From NCBI GenBank assembly GCA_964575615.1, contig CAZNSM010000002.1, forward strand, positions 5,862 to 69,861: DNA of 64,000 nucleotides, given 5' to 3'. The position numbers and the translations under genes are program-made. This document shows positions 55,201 to 60,014 of this stretch, one piece after another; the first letter of the stretch is position 1, and each line of letters opens with the position of its first letter. Source of the DNA: an uncultured Pirellulales bacterium (lineage in GTDB: Bacteria > Planctomycetota > Phycisphaerae > Sedimentisphaerales > Anaerobacaceae). The notes under the pieces are model-generated. The model was not told the origin of the DNA and made no database searches. It worked only from the letters and a program-made list of their open reading frames with translations.

Positions 55201-55577
55201 GAGTGGTCCCGGAGTATCTGGACATCGCCTTGTTGCTGTTCAACAGGGGCTGTCACGTCAGTTGCGTCAATGTCCTCAACAACGTGGAGGCATTCGATCC
55301 GGGCGTGGCCGCTCGTGTGGCCGGCTATGATCTGCTTCGAGGTCTGGCGTTCTTCGCGCTGCGGATGAACGGGCCAGCGCGGCTGTGTTTGGATCGCGAG
55401 ATTCGTCGTCACGGCACGGCCGCGGCCCGCCGATTTGTCGCAGATGCCTTCGAGTCCACCAAGCCGGTCGATCTGGCGTCCTGGTGTCAGGAGTGCGGGG
55501 AGCGATTCGGTCTGCGCCTGGTGGAGGCCGGACCGCCAAAATCGCGGCAGACGACGCTTTCGTCCGTCGGGGTCTGA
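43224..55577 (+). CDS. Giant multidomain glycosyltransferase/methyltransferase/radical-SAM polyprotein (about 4,117 aa)
   Basis: Uninterrupted 12.35-kb ORF with recognisable enzyme-like motifs along its whole length. These are two 'YLSVV..(S/T)RNDDHGGN' GT-A-like modules, an MT-like module, 'IFAMPKPFEGH', 'VMDDDIKYPPDY' and 'FFKVDDDFLLHP' GT-like modules, three 'ACR(D/N).....LPECLDS.L.QTL..WEL.LLDD.STD' GT2 modules, one divergent GT2-like module, a 'CNGGCVMC' radical-SAM/SPASM domain, and TPR-like spacers. Confidence 0.85.
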   Translation: MHAVNDTPYLSVVATSRNDDHGGNLVLRMQLFVQCLMAQAKRHRLKTELILVEWNPPADRPRLREALRFDAHHPFCSVRIVEVPAAIHARYRHAQALPVYQMIAKNVGIRRARGRFVLATNVDIVFSDPLFARLAKQDLQSGRCYRSIRHDVDNALTSGMPVEAVLDYCQSHLIRVNQRECSLNVRDGSRHVVYRPGVSEAQLGHPKLFTNGCGDFTLLAQEDWSRLRGYAELDMFSFHLDSLFLHCAYYAGIAEHVFPDDHVHYHIEHQEGWTPEIHRDRTLDARLDKGQIDRLDNASLRRLLDRMRNEGKPLIFNDANWGLANDHLAEERVTIADWERTEPQEAASAGKAADTAWAKAHPTYLSVVVTTRNDDHGGNHLHRFQVFLDHLADMCARHRLAAELIVVEWNPDPSRPSLVQAMRWPDPSRLASRVIVVPPEIHRSYRNSDKFPLFQMIAKNVGIRRARGQYVLATNMDVLFSDELAAWLARRELREDCVYRIDRHDVGQTAIPSGLSRDEVLEFCARHVVRVHGQHGTCAWGDPPRVGDPDRLHSHACGDFTLMARTQWERLKGYPEFPLWSIYLDGLLLHAARAVGLEQKILREPLRLYHVEHSLGWAVNQDTVKERPSLDYHKEYQPLCAEMLRTHKALDVNSENWGLKDKALEECEPGARGLPPASMTCTAGERPDGLSDKIVRSWIDRISSTENRLYYRDQSAQTLIALARYARTMNPTVVVELGTLAGLSLRTWIAAAERARIYAVDLSFQTLQETGRVLPLDLSRVTLLEQDILKTDFASLWTAQDRVIFFVDAHDLPGVPIMEHVLTRALPALPDGSLVVVDDLWFSAERLTRDNAKAFLDSRVVAEIDELQCFEGYYAPYHEGGSFMGFAEVIPLLKFVNAHGILLACEKGGKQVSFVWRSALREAVRSRGAGSTEPAECYGSVLHNPLTSVPVPAPLREMMDGLAQEYRQKKIVPVAERLARLLEQYPNDPGLSYALAVCLARCRELTRARDILGRVVRDGADPRCRRLFDDLVARVGPGGTASSRVPSSPPQDGEGLTIFAMPKPFEGHIATIQKNAIRSWARLRPAPQIILFGDEPGTRQIAQEVGACHVPDIERNEFGTPLVNKLFEEAQKRASHRIVAYVNADIILFESFVKGVREVQSRLAKFLLIGQRWDLTVLDEIDFGRPDWPSMLQAQMQERAMLHGECGLDYFVFPKGVYPEIPPFAIGRIAWDNWLVMAPHRAGVPVVDGTEFITAVHQDHDYGHVAGGRRGAWSGAEASRNRALAGKVDDSAYASGAEWVLRRDGRLAESRPREPVFGSTAYREYRHAWLAKEARRLMALDRMELAAAKWEETLPILERLLIAARRKGSSPDSDGVRLAECYATACVSLAQCHMQLGCHDRVVADYTRLLETSLFEIPQKQRDDIQRVCDRLRERLPQSKDPLVHSPVDRQKRSAPAETVQPSRCCGAARPGLGEKRLALIVSIPDRADDLRRLLVDLEDQVDDIRILLNEYETVPEDLYRFAKVTRVEASPKGELYASGAWDLLMPDDEGYVLVMDDDIKYPPDYADTMIAKIEEHQRRAVVVVHGMDFRPPFADFVVDRNMYHFETACRQDRVVHAGGVGTLVFHTSTIRPRSRDFPNPNFRDLWFAVLAAKHEVPIVCIAHDAGWLLAKRMRGRQLWRMAYEQGQRDLKNEVFRTRLLPLLNIDVLQTHATDHRFTIFCFTNGRSTFDYCVRSLTDSWDQHEKTVVLRDMDFFEATAQCLEDCETPYFFKVDDDFLLHPQAIAYMRKKVLEYPCPEELGIYYCHLWEDWTSRVRQSIKVYRAEALRRIGGFQANDQGKVDEATKAALERAGFKVVEDPSVVALHACGTWEEQLEYERLWSAMADAPYKKPTHDAMKAYCGTKSLDTQYAMRLGTLESINRQLNTPFHRFLVESAADSPSSALPESEVSDSSAHVAEDTAAGGSLLHPSSRPRRQRVRDRLLRAEPTARRGSQPDAGRRPRVTVVLACRDGERHLPECLDSILKQTLSEWELFLLDDGSTDGTRQVMEKYAARDARIRPFYFDQSAGPYIRRNFAIERAGAPFVVIQDADDLMCPEKLERLWLAITQDDRLGVVGSFYHMFLDEYQGAEHSDTVVLKTTHEQILEEYRNAAVCDFCWHGSAIIRKRLFEDIGPYDENPFASDSFWLAKVAEYACRSEAVRLMNLPEVLTLRRMHVSSQTGSLPAFDPRSRRAHFKEHRRQKLSELIRTLHADPRADIKAVLRRTVCGDFIKQNARLFPEWENAPLTGPIVQGFLGRIYSHFTKGQFVQCLWTSRIVEQLVTGIAQNVRSYELIKGLAYFALGYPCESRECLDRECDIHGTPVAMQFRADWLDRGNGLQPRAQRLSLIERALFHPDGRRTEPVECLPDSGAKGPTGVSVIVSLAGDAASWADVIASFDAQTEKDFEVIALVPAPLAEDLARRAAHVGFRLSVLGTREGASPCRYRNAAAEQAQGRCLAFLGEYVAPDRDFVARVQQHFQEKDLCGLRGRILCEGRSSTPLRFDLGPDQMAAAWDIDELCVFDRETFFRLGGFPAVPFDHGAIHLSHRAYADLRDGRRRILYCPDVLCRYRGPEEARVGLVDRFAMENRFAVSQALLAVDLQEDQERHVWGFREFLEGLYWRDTGTPEECFRRFLRTSLFFRERDPRLASEWARMALRLRPDCIEARCVLGSAQAMLGQPGDACVLLETCLEPLEELIALERLDRARSEFRGYADIVECYVASCTLLAECYMKTGRYDRVGVTYARLLGNPHVHLDPAQRQNMERIRDRLVSSHRAEIVPVPSHGAGCGRDVAPVNSAPPRRMEPQSPAVPSTDGSGRDRASENPCVAKLTELERMYRSMPPGSASRHAVASRLAKLFRKAGATDKSRMLEMEARAIGNTMAYEEARRTKPDVCSHRPVTVEFNVITRCNGGCVMCSYGTDGEIMDLAQFQHLADEWLPAARDAHLIGGEVLLHPQFYELCEYANRFGVCLGMTTNLSTLAGRRAEAITRFFHTVRVSVDGATRQTYESIRRRLSFERLCQNLAVLADIKRSRPELEMELAFVAMRQNIAELPDVIEMAARYAFDSVAVNFVHVYNAQTLDDSLLFHRELANKHLDLARAAAARLGLALDIPDNFDLSRTPYVASQQLTEGHRQCTRPWQRVRLLIHGEVIPCCHLHDLPMGNALAESFEGVWNGEKFRGLRQAIRDSRDEMPERCKHCRILMRGADSNDAMMHVNPALVPELKQRLQTRASTPAVAVSTASAPRVSVLAVSVVLACRNGAEHLPECLDSVLAQTLSEWELLLLDDGSTDSTRGIMEAYAARDARIRPFYFDESAGPYVRRNFAIRQARAPFVSIQDADDIMCPDKLRRLYDAIGGDERLAVVGSFYRKFLDDFTGIESTEAVTLPATHEEILKAYDARSMWDFSWHGSAIVRRMLFEEIGLYDENPFGADSFWLAKVAEYARRTERIRLCNIPESLTLRRVHSESQVGQLPAMDPRSRRTRYSQYCLSRLQEVVNTVARDPSMDVARALRECTCADFLPRFGAQIAEWERAPMDEGIVVRFLQRATECFRMQRYVSCVQTLSALEGMDPELPHRLANVDLVRALALYGLGQKERCQIYLRREMAHHDNPVARQFYEEAFTRGVPIDVHQWGAEHVDAVALRITDARLSAPSAPAGPGVETAAGESPKVTVITACRNAARFLPECLDSILAQTLGQWELFLLDDASTDDTRRIIEEYARRDGRIHAHFFDDQKGPYVRRNFAIERARADFIVIHDADDLMCSTKLETLYDEISRDDRLAMVGSNYRTFLEAYRGPEYSECSQLPLKDDEILTRFKSWQHGMSHGSAIIRKTLFAEIGLYDENPFSADSFWSAKLALYAEAGRPIFVKNVPESLTLIRLHAMNHTRVVSTLDPRNRRTRYRQYCEGRLWRIRERLKSEPGMDIGRELRQCACGDFLTRFQAQILAWESEPLNDRVVPEYLDIALLLFNRGCHVSCVNVLNNVEAFDPGVAARVAGYDLLRGLAFFALRMNGPARLCLDREIRRHGTAAARRFVADAFESTKPVDLASWCQECGERFGLRLVEAGPPKSRQTTLSSVGV
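43245..45240 (+). repeat. Tandem duplication of a GT-A-like module of about 330 aa inside the giant ORF (copy 1 about 43245-44290, copy 2 about 44309-45240)
   Basis: Collinear protein similarity ('YLSVVATSRNDDHGGNLVLRMQLF...LILVEWNP' vs 'YLSVVVTTRNDDHGGNHLHRFQVF...LIVVEWNP'; 'YQMIAKNVGIRRARGRFVLATNVDIVFSD' vs 'FQMIAKNVGIRRARGQYVLATNMDVLFSD'). A 23-nt identical run, cagatgatcgccaagaacgtggg, is shared. Confidence 0.8.
49230..50460 (+). repeat. GT2 + helical-tail module, copy 1 of 3 (inside giant ORF)
   Basis: Paralogous to 53090-54300 and 54344-55574. It shares a 43-nt identical run with copy 2 (49376-49418 = 53237-53279). Confidence 0.8.
52030..52960 (+). other. Radical-SAM/SPASM domain embedded in the giant ORF
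   Basis: 'VEFNVITRCNGGCVMCSYG' is a CxxxCxxC cluster. It is followed by 'IGGEVLLHP' and the tail 'CTRPWQRVRLLIHGEVIPCCHLHDLPMGNALAESFEGVW...CKHCRI'. Confidence 0.8.
53090..54300 (+). repeat. GT2 + helical-tail module, copy 2 of 3
   Basis: 'VVLACRNGAEHLPECLDSVLAQTLSEWELLLLDDGSTDSTRGIMEAYAARDARIRPFYFDESAGPYVRRNFAI...IQDADDIMCP' is collinear with copy 1 over about 400 aa. Confidence 0.8.
54344..55574 (+). repeat. GT2 + helical-tail module, copy 3 of 3 (C-terminus of giant ORF)
   Basis: 'VTVITACRNAARFLPECLDSILAQTLGQWELFLLDDASTDDTRRIIEEYARRDGRIHAHFFDDQKGPYVRRNFAIERA...IHDADDLMCS'. It sits directly in tandem with copy 2. Confidence 0.8.
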
Positions 55578-55703
55578 AAAAACGGATCAGCGGCTTTAGG
55601 ACGATGCGAGTCCGAACGATAACACTATCGGGGTCGATCGTTCCGACAGCCCTGGGGATTTCTGTGCGCCGCCGGGTCGGCGGCCAATGAAGGGTCGATA
55701 ATC

Positions 55704-57731
55704 ATGGGCGAATTGCGGCTTTCCGGCCTGTCGACGGGCATTGACACCGAGACACTGGTCAAGCAACTGGTCGCGATTGAAGGGCAACGGCGCGACAAGT
55801 ACGTCGAACGAAAAGAGACTTGGGACGAGCGCCGGGAGGCCTTGAACACGCTGGAAACGAAGCTGGAGGCCCTGCAAAAGGCGGCCGAAGGTCTTTCCGA
55901 CGCCAAGAAGCTGCGTTCCTTCGGAACCAAGACCAGCGATGAGGATATCCTTTCGGCCGAATCGTCCAACACGGCTTATGAGGGCAGCCATTCGGTCGTC
56001 GTGAATCGGCTGGCGAATGCGGAACGCTGGGTGCACACCAGCGGCCTGGAATATGCGGAAAGCCTCGTTGGGGCCGGCACGTTCATCTTCTCATACAACA
56101 ACGAAGAGATGGTCATCACCACCACGGAGGACACGACGCTGGAGGAACTCGTGGGGCTGATCAACAACGACGCGAGTAACCCGGGCGTGACCGCGAATTT
56201 GCTGTCCTATAATGACGCGTATCATCTCGTGCTGAACGGCAACGACGCCGGCTCGGACTACGAGATCAAGATCAACACCAGCAACACGGAGGTGTGGCAA
56301 ACGGCCTCGGCCCTGACGGTCGGGGGCGAAAACGTCGCCCTGTCCGATAAGATCCGCAAGCTCGATCAATTCAGCGGCGTGCTGGCGGGCGACGAGTCCA
56401 TCACCATCTCGGGCACGATGCACGACGGCACGGTGGTCAACCACACGCTGAACGTCAACGAGAATACGACCCTGGATCATCTCCTCGGAGAGATCAATGA
56501 CGCCTTCGCAGGCACTGCGACCGCGACGCTGGTCAACGGCCAGATCCGGCTGACCAGCGAGACCAGCGGCGTCAGCCAGATGACGCTCAGCCTGGCGTAC
56601 GATTCCGGATCGGGGTCCACTACGCTGGACCTGCCGGCGATCAGCCAGTCCACGCAGGGGGGCAGTGTGACGGCCAGCCTGGCGGGCTTTGCCGGGTCGG
56701 ATTTCGTCGAGACGCAATCCGCCCAGGATTCTCAGATCAAGGTGGATGGCTTTCCGCCGGGCGCCGATGAGTGGATCAGTCGCAGTTCGAACACGGTTGA
56801 CGACGTCATTTCCGGCGTGACGCTGCATCTGCACGACGCCGGGACCGTGCAAGTGAGCCTGACCCGCGACACCGAATCGGTCAAGGACAAGCTCCAGTCG
56901 TGGGTGGACGCCTACAATGACGTGGTGGCGTTCATCGCGGCAAACACCGGATACGACAGCACACAGGGGATCGCGGGCCTTCTGATGAGCGACTCGACCG
57001 TCACGAGCATTGCCAACAACCTGCGGACGTCCCTGGTTCGGCGAACCAGCGGCTTCGTTATGGACGTGGACAGCTTCCTCATGCCGGGACAGATTGGTCT
57101 CGAACTCGACCGCGACGGTCTGCTCTCGCTGGATTCGACGGCGTTCGATGAAGCAATCGCGAAGGACTACATGGGCGTGCTTTCTCTGATCGGGGCCGAC
57201 AAGACGGGCAGCTCCGACAGCAACGTGGTTCAGTTCTACAGCGCCTCGAGCAAGAACACGCAAGGCGGGACGTACAGCGTGCAGGTGACGGTTTCCGGAG
57301 GAGTCATCACCAGCGCCAAGATTAAGCCGGAAGGCGAATCCGCCTATCGCGATGCGATATTCGCCGGCAACATTGTCACCGGAGACCGAACGTTCGATAA
57401 CAATGGAGCGCCGCTGTACGCGGAGAATGGCCTGACGCTCAGCGTCGATCTCAGCCAGGACGGCACCTTCAACGCCACGGTCCGCGTCAAGCAGGGATTC
57501 ACCGGGGCGATGAAGGACGTGCTCGAGCGGTTCCTGAAGCCCACGAACGGATGGCTCACACTGGACCAGGAGTCGGTCGAGTCGCAGATTGAGAACCTGG
57601 AGGACCGCATCGCGACAGAGGAAAACCGCCTGTCGCGCGTGGAGGCGCGTCTGGTTGCGAAGTATGCACGGCTCGAGAGGACTCTGACCCTGCTGCAAAG
57701 CCAGATGTCGGGGCTTCTGTCGAACGAGTAG
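55704..57731 (+). CDS. fliD: Flagellar filament cap protein FliD (675 aa)
   Basis: 'LSGLSTGIDTETLVKQLVAIEGQR' at the N-terminus and a C-terminal coiled coil ('RIATEENRLSRVEARLVAKYARLERTLTLLQSQ'). Confidence 0.9.
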   Translation: MGELRLSGLSTGIDTETLVKQLVAIEGQRRDKYVERKETWDERREALNTLETKLEALQKAAEGLSDAKKLRSFGTKTSDEDILSAESSNTAYEGSHSVVVNRLANAERWVHTSGLEYAESLVGAGTFIFSYNNEEMVITTTEDTTLEELVGLINNDASNPGVTANLLSYNDAYHLVLNGNDAGSDYEIKINTSNTEVWQTASALTVGGENVALSDKIRKLDQFSGVLAGDESITISGTMHDGTVVNHTLNVNENTTLDHLLGEINDAFAGTATATLVNGQIRLTSETSGVSQMTLSLAYDSGSGSTTLDLPAISQSTQGGSVTASLAGFAGSDFVETQSAQDSQIKVDGFPPGADEWISRSSNTVDDVISGVTLHLHDAGTVQVSLTRDTESVKDKLQSWVDAYNDVVAFIAANTGYDSTQGIAGLLMSDSTVTSIANNLRTSLVRRTSGFVMDVDSFLMPGQIGLELDRDGLLSLDSTAFDEAIAKDYMGVLSLIGADKTGSSDSNVVQFYSASSKNTQGGTYSVQVTVSGGVITSAKIKPEGESAYRDAIFAGNIVTGDRTFDNNGAPLYAENGLTLSVDLSQDGTFNATVRVKQGFTGAMKDVLERFLKPTNGWLTLDQESVESQIENLEDRIATEENRLSRVEARLVAKYARLERTLTLLQSQMSGLLSNE

Positions 57732-57776
57732 GCACCGGCCAGGAAAAGCGGCGTGGTTCTCGTCGGTCGCCTCGTA

Positions 57777-58853
57777 CTACTTGCGAGCCTTTCGGCTCTG
57801 CCGCAGCCGGTAGATCATCGCCAAGACTTCCGCCACCGCCATGTAGAGCGATTCCGGTATGCGCTGTCCCGGCTGGACGGAGGCGTAGATGGCGCGGGCG
57901 ACTTCCGGCCGTCGGACGATCGGAATCCCGTACGAACGCCCGATGGCGATGATCTTCTGCGCCACGTGGTCGGCGCCCTTGGCCAGCAGGACAGGCGCGT
58001 CCATGGTCCTGGCTTCATACCGCAGCGCGACCGCGACGTGGGTCGGGTTCACCAGGATGACGCTGGCCTTGGGCACCTCGCGGATCAGGCGTTTCATCGA
58101 CATCTGGATCTGAATGCGGCGGATTCGGCCCTTGATTTCCGGGGAGCCTTCGCTGTCTTTGCGCTCCTGTTTGACCTCCTGGCGGGTCATCTTCAGCTCT
58201 TGAATGTACTGCCACTTCTGATAGAGCGCATCGGCCAGCCCGAGCACGACAATCGCGATGCCCACCCGGATCCCGAGGCCGAAGGTCATCGAGGCAATGG
58301 AGCCGATCAACTGCGAGGACCAGGCCCAACGGAGGCTGGCCATGGTCTCCAGCTTGTCCCGCAGGTAGAGCCAGACGATCAGGCCGACGATGAGCAGCTT
58401 GGCGATCGAGCTGATCAGGCGGACCAGCGATCGCACGTTGCCGAGTCTCTGGATGACGGAAACGGGATTGATGGCGTCCCACTTGAATCCCACGGCGCCG
58501 GCGCTGAACGTTACGCCCCCGATGGCGATGCTCGCGGCGATTCCGGCCACACTGATGGCGGCCAGGATGGGCAACATGACGACGACCGCATCCACGATGT
58601 TGGCGTTCAGGTACGCCGCAAACGTGGCGGCGTCGGCCATGGGGCCGATCTGCCCGGACACGCTCGCTTCGACCTGACCCTTGAACCAGCGCAGCAGGCC
58701 GGGTGCCAGCAGCGCGACACTCAGAAATAACACCAGAAGTGTAACTGCCGAGCCCAGGTCCTGGCTCTGCGGGACCTGCCCTTTTTCGCGGGCCTTCCCC
58801 AGCTTCCGCGGGGTCGGTTGCTCTGTCCTTTCGGCAGCAGGTTTGTCGGCCAT
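57777..58853 (-). CDS. flhB: Flagellar export switch protein FlhB (358 aa)
   Basis: 'ERTEQPTPRKLGKAREKGQVPQSQDL' at the N-terminus, four TM segments and the NPTH autocleavage site ('VILVNPTHVAVAL'). Confidence 0.95.
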   Translation of the reverse strand: MADKPAAERTEQPTPRKLGKAREKGQVPQSQDLGSAVTLLVLFLSVALLAPGLLRWFKGQVEASVSGQIGPMADAATFAAYLNANIVDAVVVMLPILAAISVAGIAASIAIGGVTFSAGAVGFKWDAINPVSVIQRLGNVRSLVRLISSIAKLLIVGLIVWLYLRDKLETMASLRWAWSSQLIGSIASMTFGLGIRVGIAIVVLGLADALYQKWQYIQELKMTRQEVKQERKDSEGSPEIKGRIRRIQIQMSMKRLIREVPKASVILVNPTHVAVALRYEARTMDAPVLLAKGADHVAQKIIAIGRSYGIPIVRRPEVARAIYASVQPGQRIPESLYMAVAEVLAMIYRLRQSRKARK

Positions 58854-58869
58854 CGTCGAAACTGACTAT

Positions 58870-58934
58870 GGATCATTGATGATTGGGAGAACGTCTCGCT
58901 TCTGCCATCGTCAATCATCCATAATCAATCATCC
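58870..58934. repeat. AT-rich repeat cluster in the fliR-flhB spacer: TCAATCATCC x2 (58911-58920, 58925-58934) plus inverted near-copies (58870-58885)
   Basis: Read directly: ggatcattgatgattg ... tcaatcatcc ataa tcaatcatcc. On the mRNA strand this can form an imperfect hairpin of about 16 bp just upstream of the flhB start. Confidence 0.5.
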
Positions 58935-58936
58935 TT

Positions 58937-59680
58937 CTAAAGCGGCAGCAGCTTCGCCATCCAACCGGCCATCTCCGTCACATACCCATTGAGGAAGGGC
59001 AGAAACGTCGCGGCCATGATCAGCCCCAGACCGATGCGCACCGGCATACTGATGAAGAGAATGTTCATCTCGGGAACCAGCCGCGCCAGCAGGGCCAACG
59101 CCACCATGAGGACCATGAACGCCGCCAGCATGGGAGCCGCCAGACGCAGCGCCGCGATCAGCATGGCCGAGCCGGCCGTGAGCACTCCTCCGGTCAGCGT
59201 CTGGATCGTCGGGATCGTGCCGGCCGGGAAGGCGGTGTAGCTCTTCGAGAGGATCAGCAGGAACAGATGGTGCCCGTTGGCACTGAGGAACAACAGGACG
59301 AAGATCATCTCCAGCAGACCGCCGAGCGGCTGGCCGTTCTCTCCGGTCAACGGGTCCAGAATCTCGGCCATCGTCAGTCCCATCTCACGCTCGACAATCT
59401 GGCCGCTGAGCCTGACCACGGAAAACAGCGAGGTGACGATCACTCCGAGGGCCAGGCCGTAGGTGGCTTCGCCGGCCAGCAACAGCATCGCCTTGAGCGT
59501 GGAGATCTCGGCCACGTCGATGCCGAGCGGCACGACGGCGGCGAAGAAGACCGAGAGAACCACGGTCGCGGCCACCTTGATCTGCATCGGGATCGCCTGC
59601 CACCCGAAGACGGGAAGGATCAGGAAGAAGGCGCTGATGCGCGTCAGGACCAGGGTGAAGCCGAGCAGGATTTCGAGCAT
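58937..59680 (-). CDS. fliR: Flagellar export apparatus protein FliR (about 247 aa)
   Basis: Polytopic membrane protein beginning 'MLEILLGFTLVLTRISAFFLILPVFG' (FliR-type N-terminus). GGAGG RBS lies 6 nt upstream of the ATG at 59680. Confidence 0.9.
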   Translation of the reverse strand: MLEILLGFTLVLTRISAFFLILPVFGWQAIPMQIKVAATVVLSVFFAAVVPLGIDVAEISTLKAMLLLAGEATYGLALGVIVTSLFSVVRLSGQIVEREMGLTMAEILDPLTGENGQPLGGLLEMIFVLLFLSANGHHLFLLILSKSYTAFPAGTIPTIQTLTGGVLTAGSAMLIAALRLAAPMLAAFMVLMVALALLARLVPEMNILFISMPVRIGLGLIMAATFLPFLNGYVTEMAGWMAKLLPL

Positions 59681-59694
59681 CGGGGCCTCCGCCG

Positions 59695-59964
59695 TCAGTA
59701 CTTGATATGCTGAATCTGGGCGAAGATTTCGGCGGTGAACCGCAAGGCGATCTGGAGCATCCAACTGCCGAACAGCAGGCTGACGGCGCAGACGGCCAGC
59801 AGCTTCGGCACGATGGTCAGCGTCATGTCGCGAATGGACGTGACCGCCTGGAGCAGGGTGACGATGACGCCCACGGCCATGCAGGTGATCAGGATCGGCG
59901 CCGACAGGAGCAAGGCGGTCTCCAGCGTATGTCTTCCGAGGTAGAGCACGTAGCTGCTATCCAT
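59695..59964 (-). CDS. fliQ: Flagellar export apparatus protein FliQ (89 aa)
   Basis: 'LLLSAPILITCMAVGVIVTLLQAVTSIRDMTLTIVPKLLAV' is typical FliQ. It is the last 89 codons of a spurious 450-aa track ORF. Confidence 0.9.
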   Translation of the reverse strand: MDSSYVLYLGRHTLETALLLSAPILITCMAVGVIVTLLQAVTSIRDMTLTIVPKLLAVCAVSLLFGSWMLQIALRFTAEIFAQIQHIKY

Positions 59965-60014
59965 AGATTCCAGTCCTCTTTGTCTGGGTGTGCCGTTGCG
60001 CCCGGGGCCGGTCA

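Noticed and set aside
55595-55667. Candidate promoters upstream of fliD: a sigma-28-like element (TTTA-N16-AACGATAA, 55595-55622) and a sigma-54-like element (TGGGGATTTCTGTGC, 55653-55667)
   Set aside because: Both are only partial matches. The sigma-28 candidate has a poor -35 and a -10 matching 6 of 8. The sigma-54 candidate keeps GG-N10-GC but little else. I cannot decide between them without transcription start mapping.
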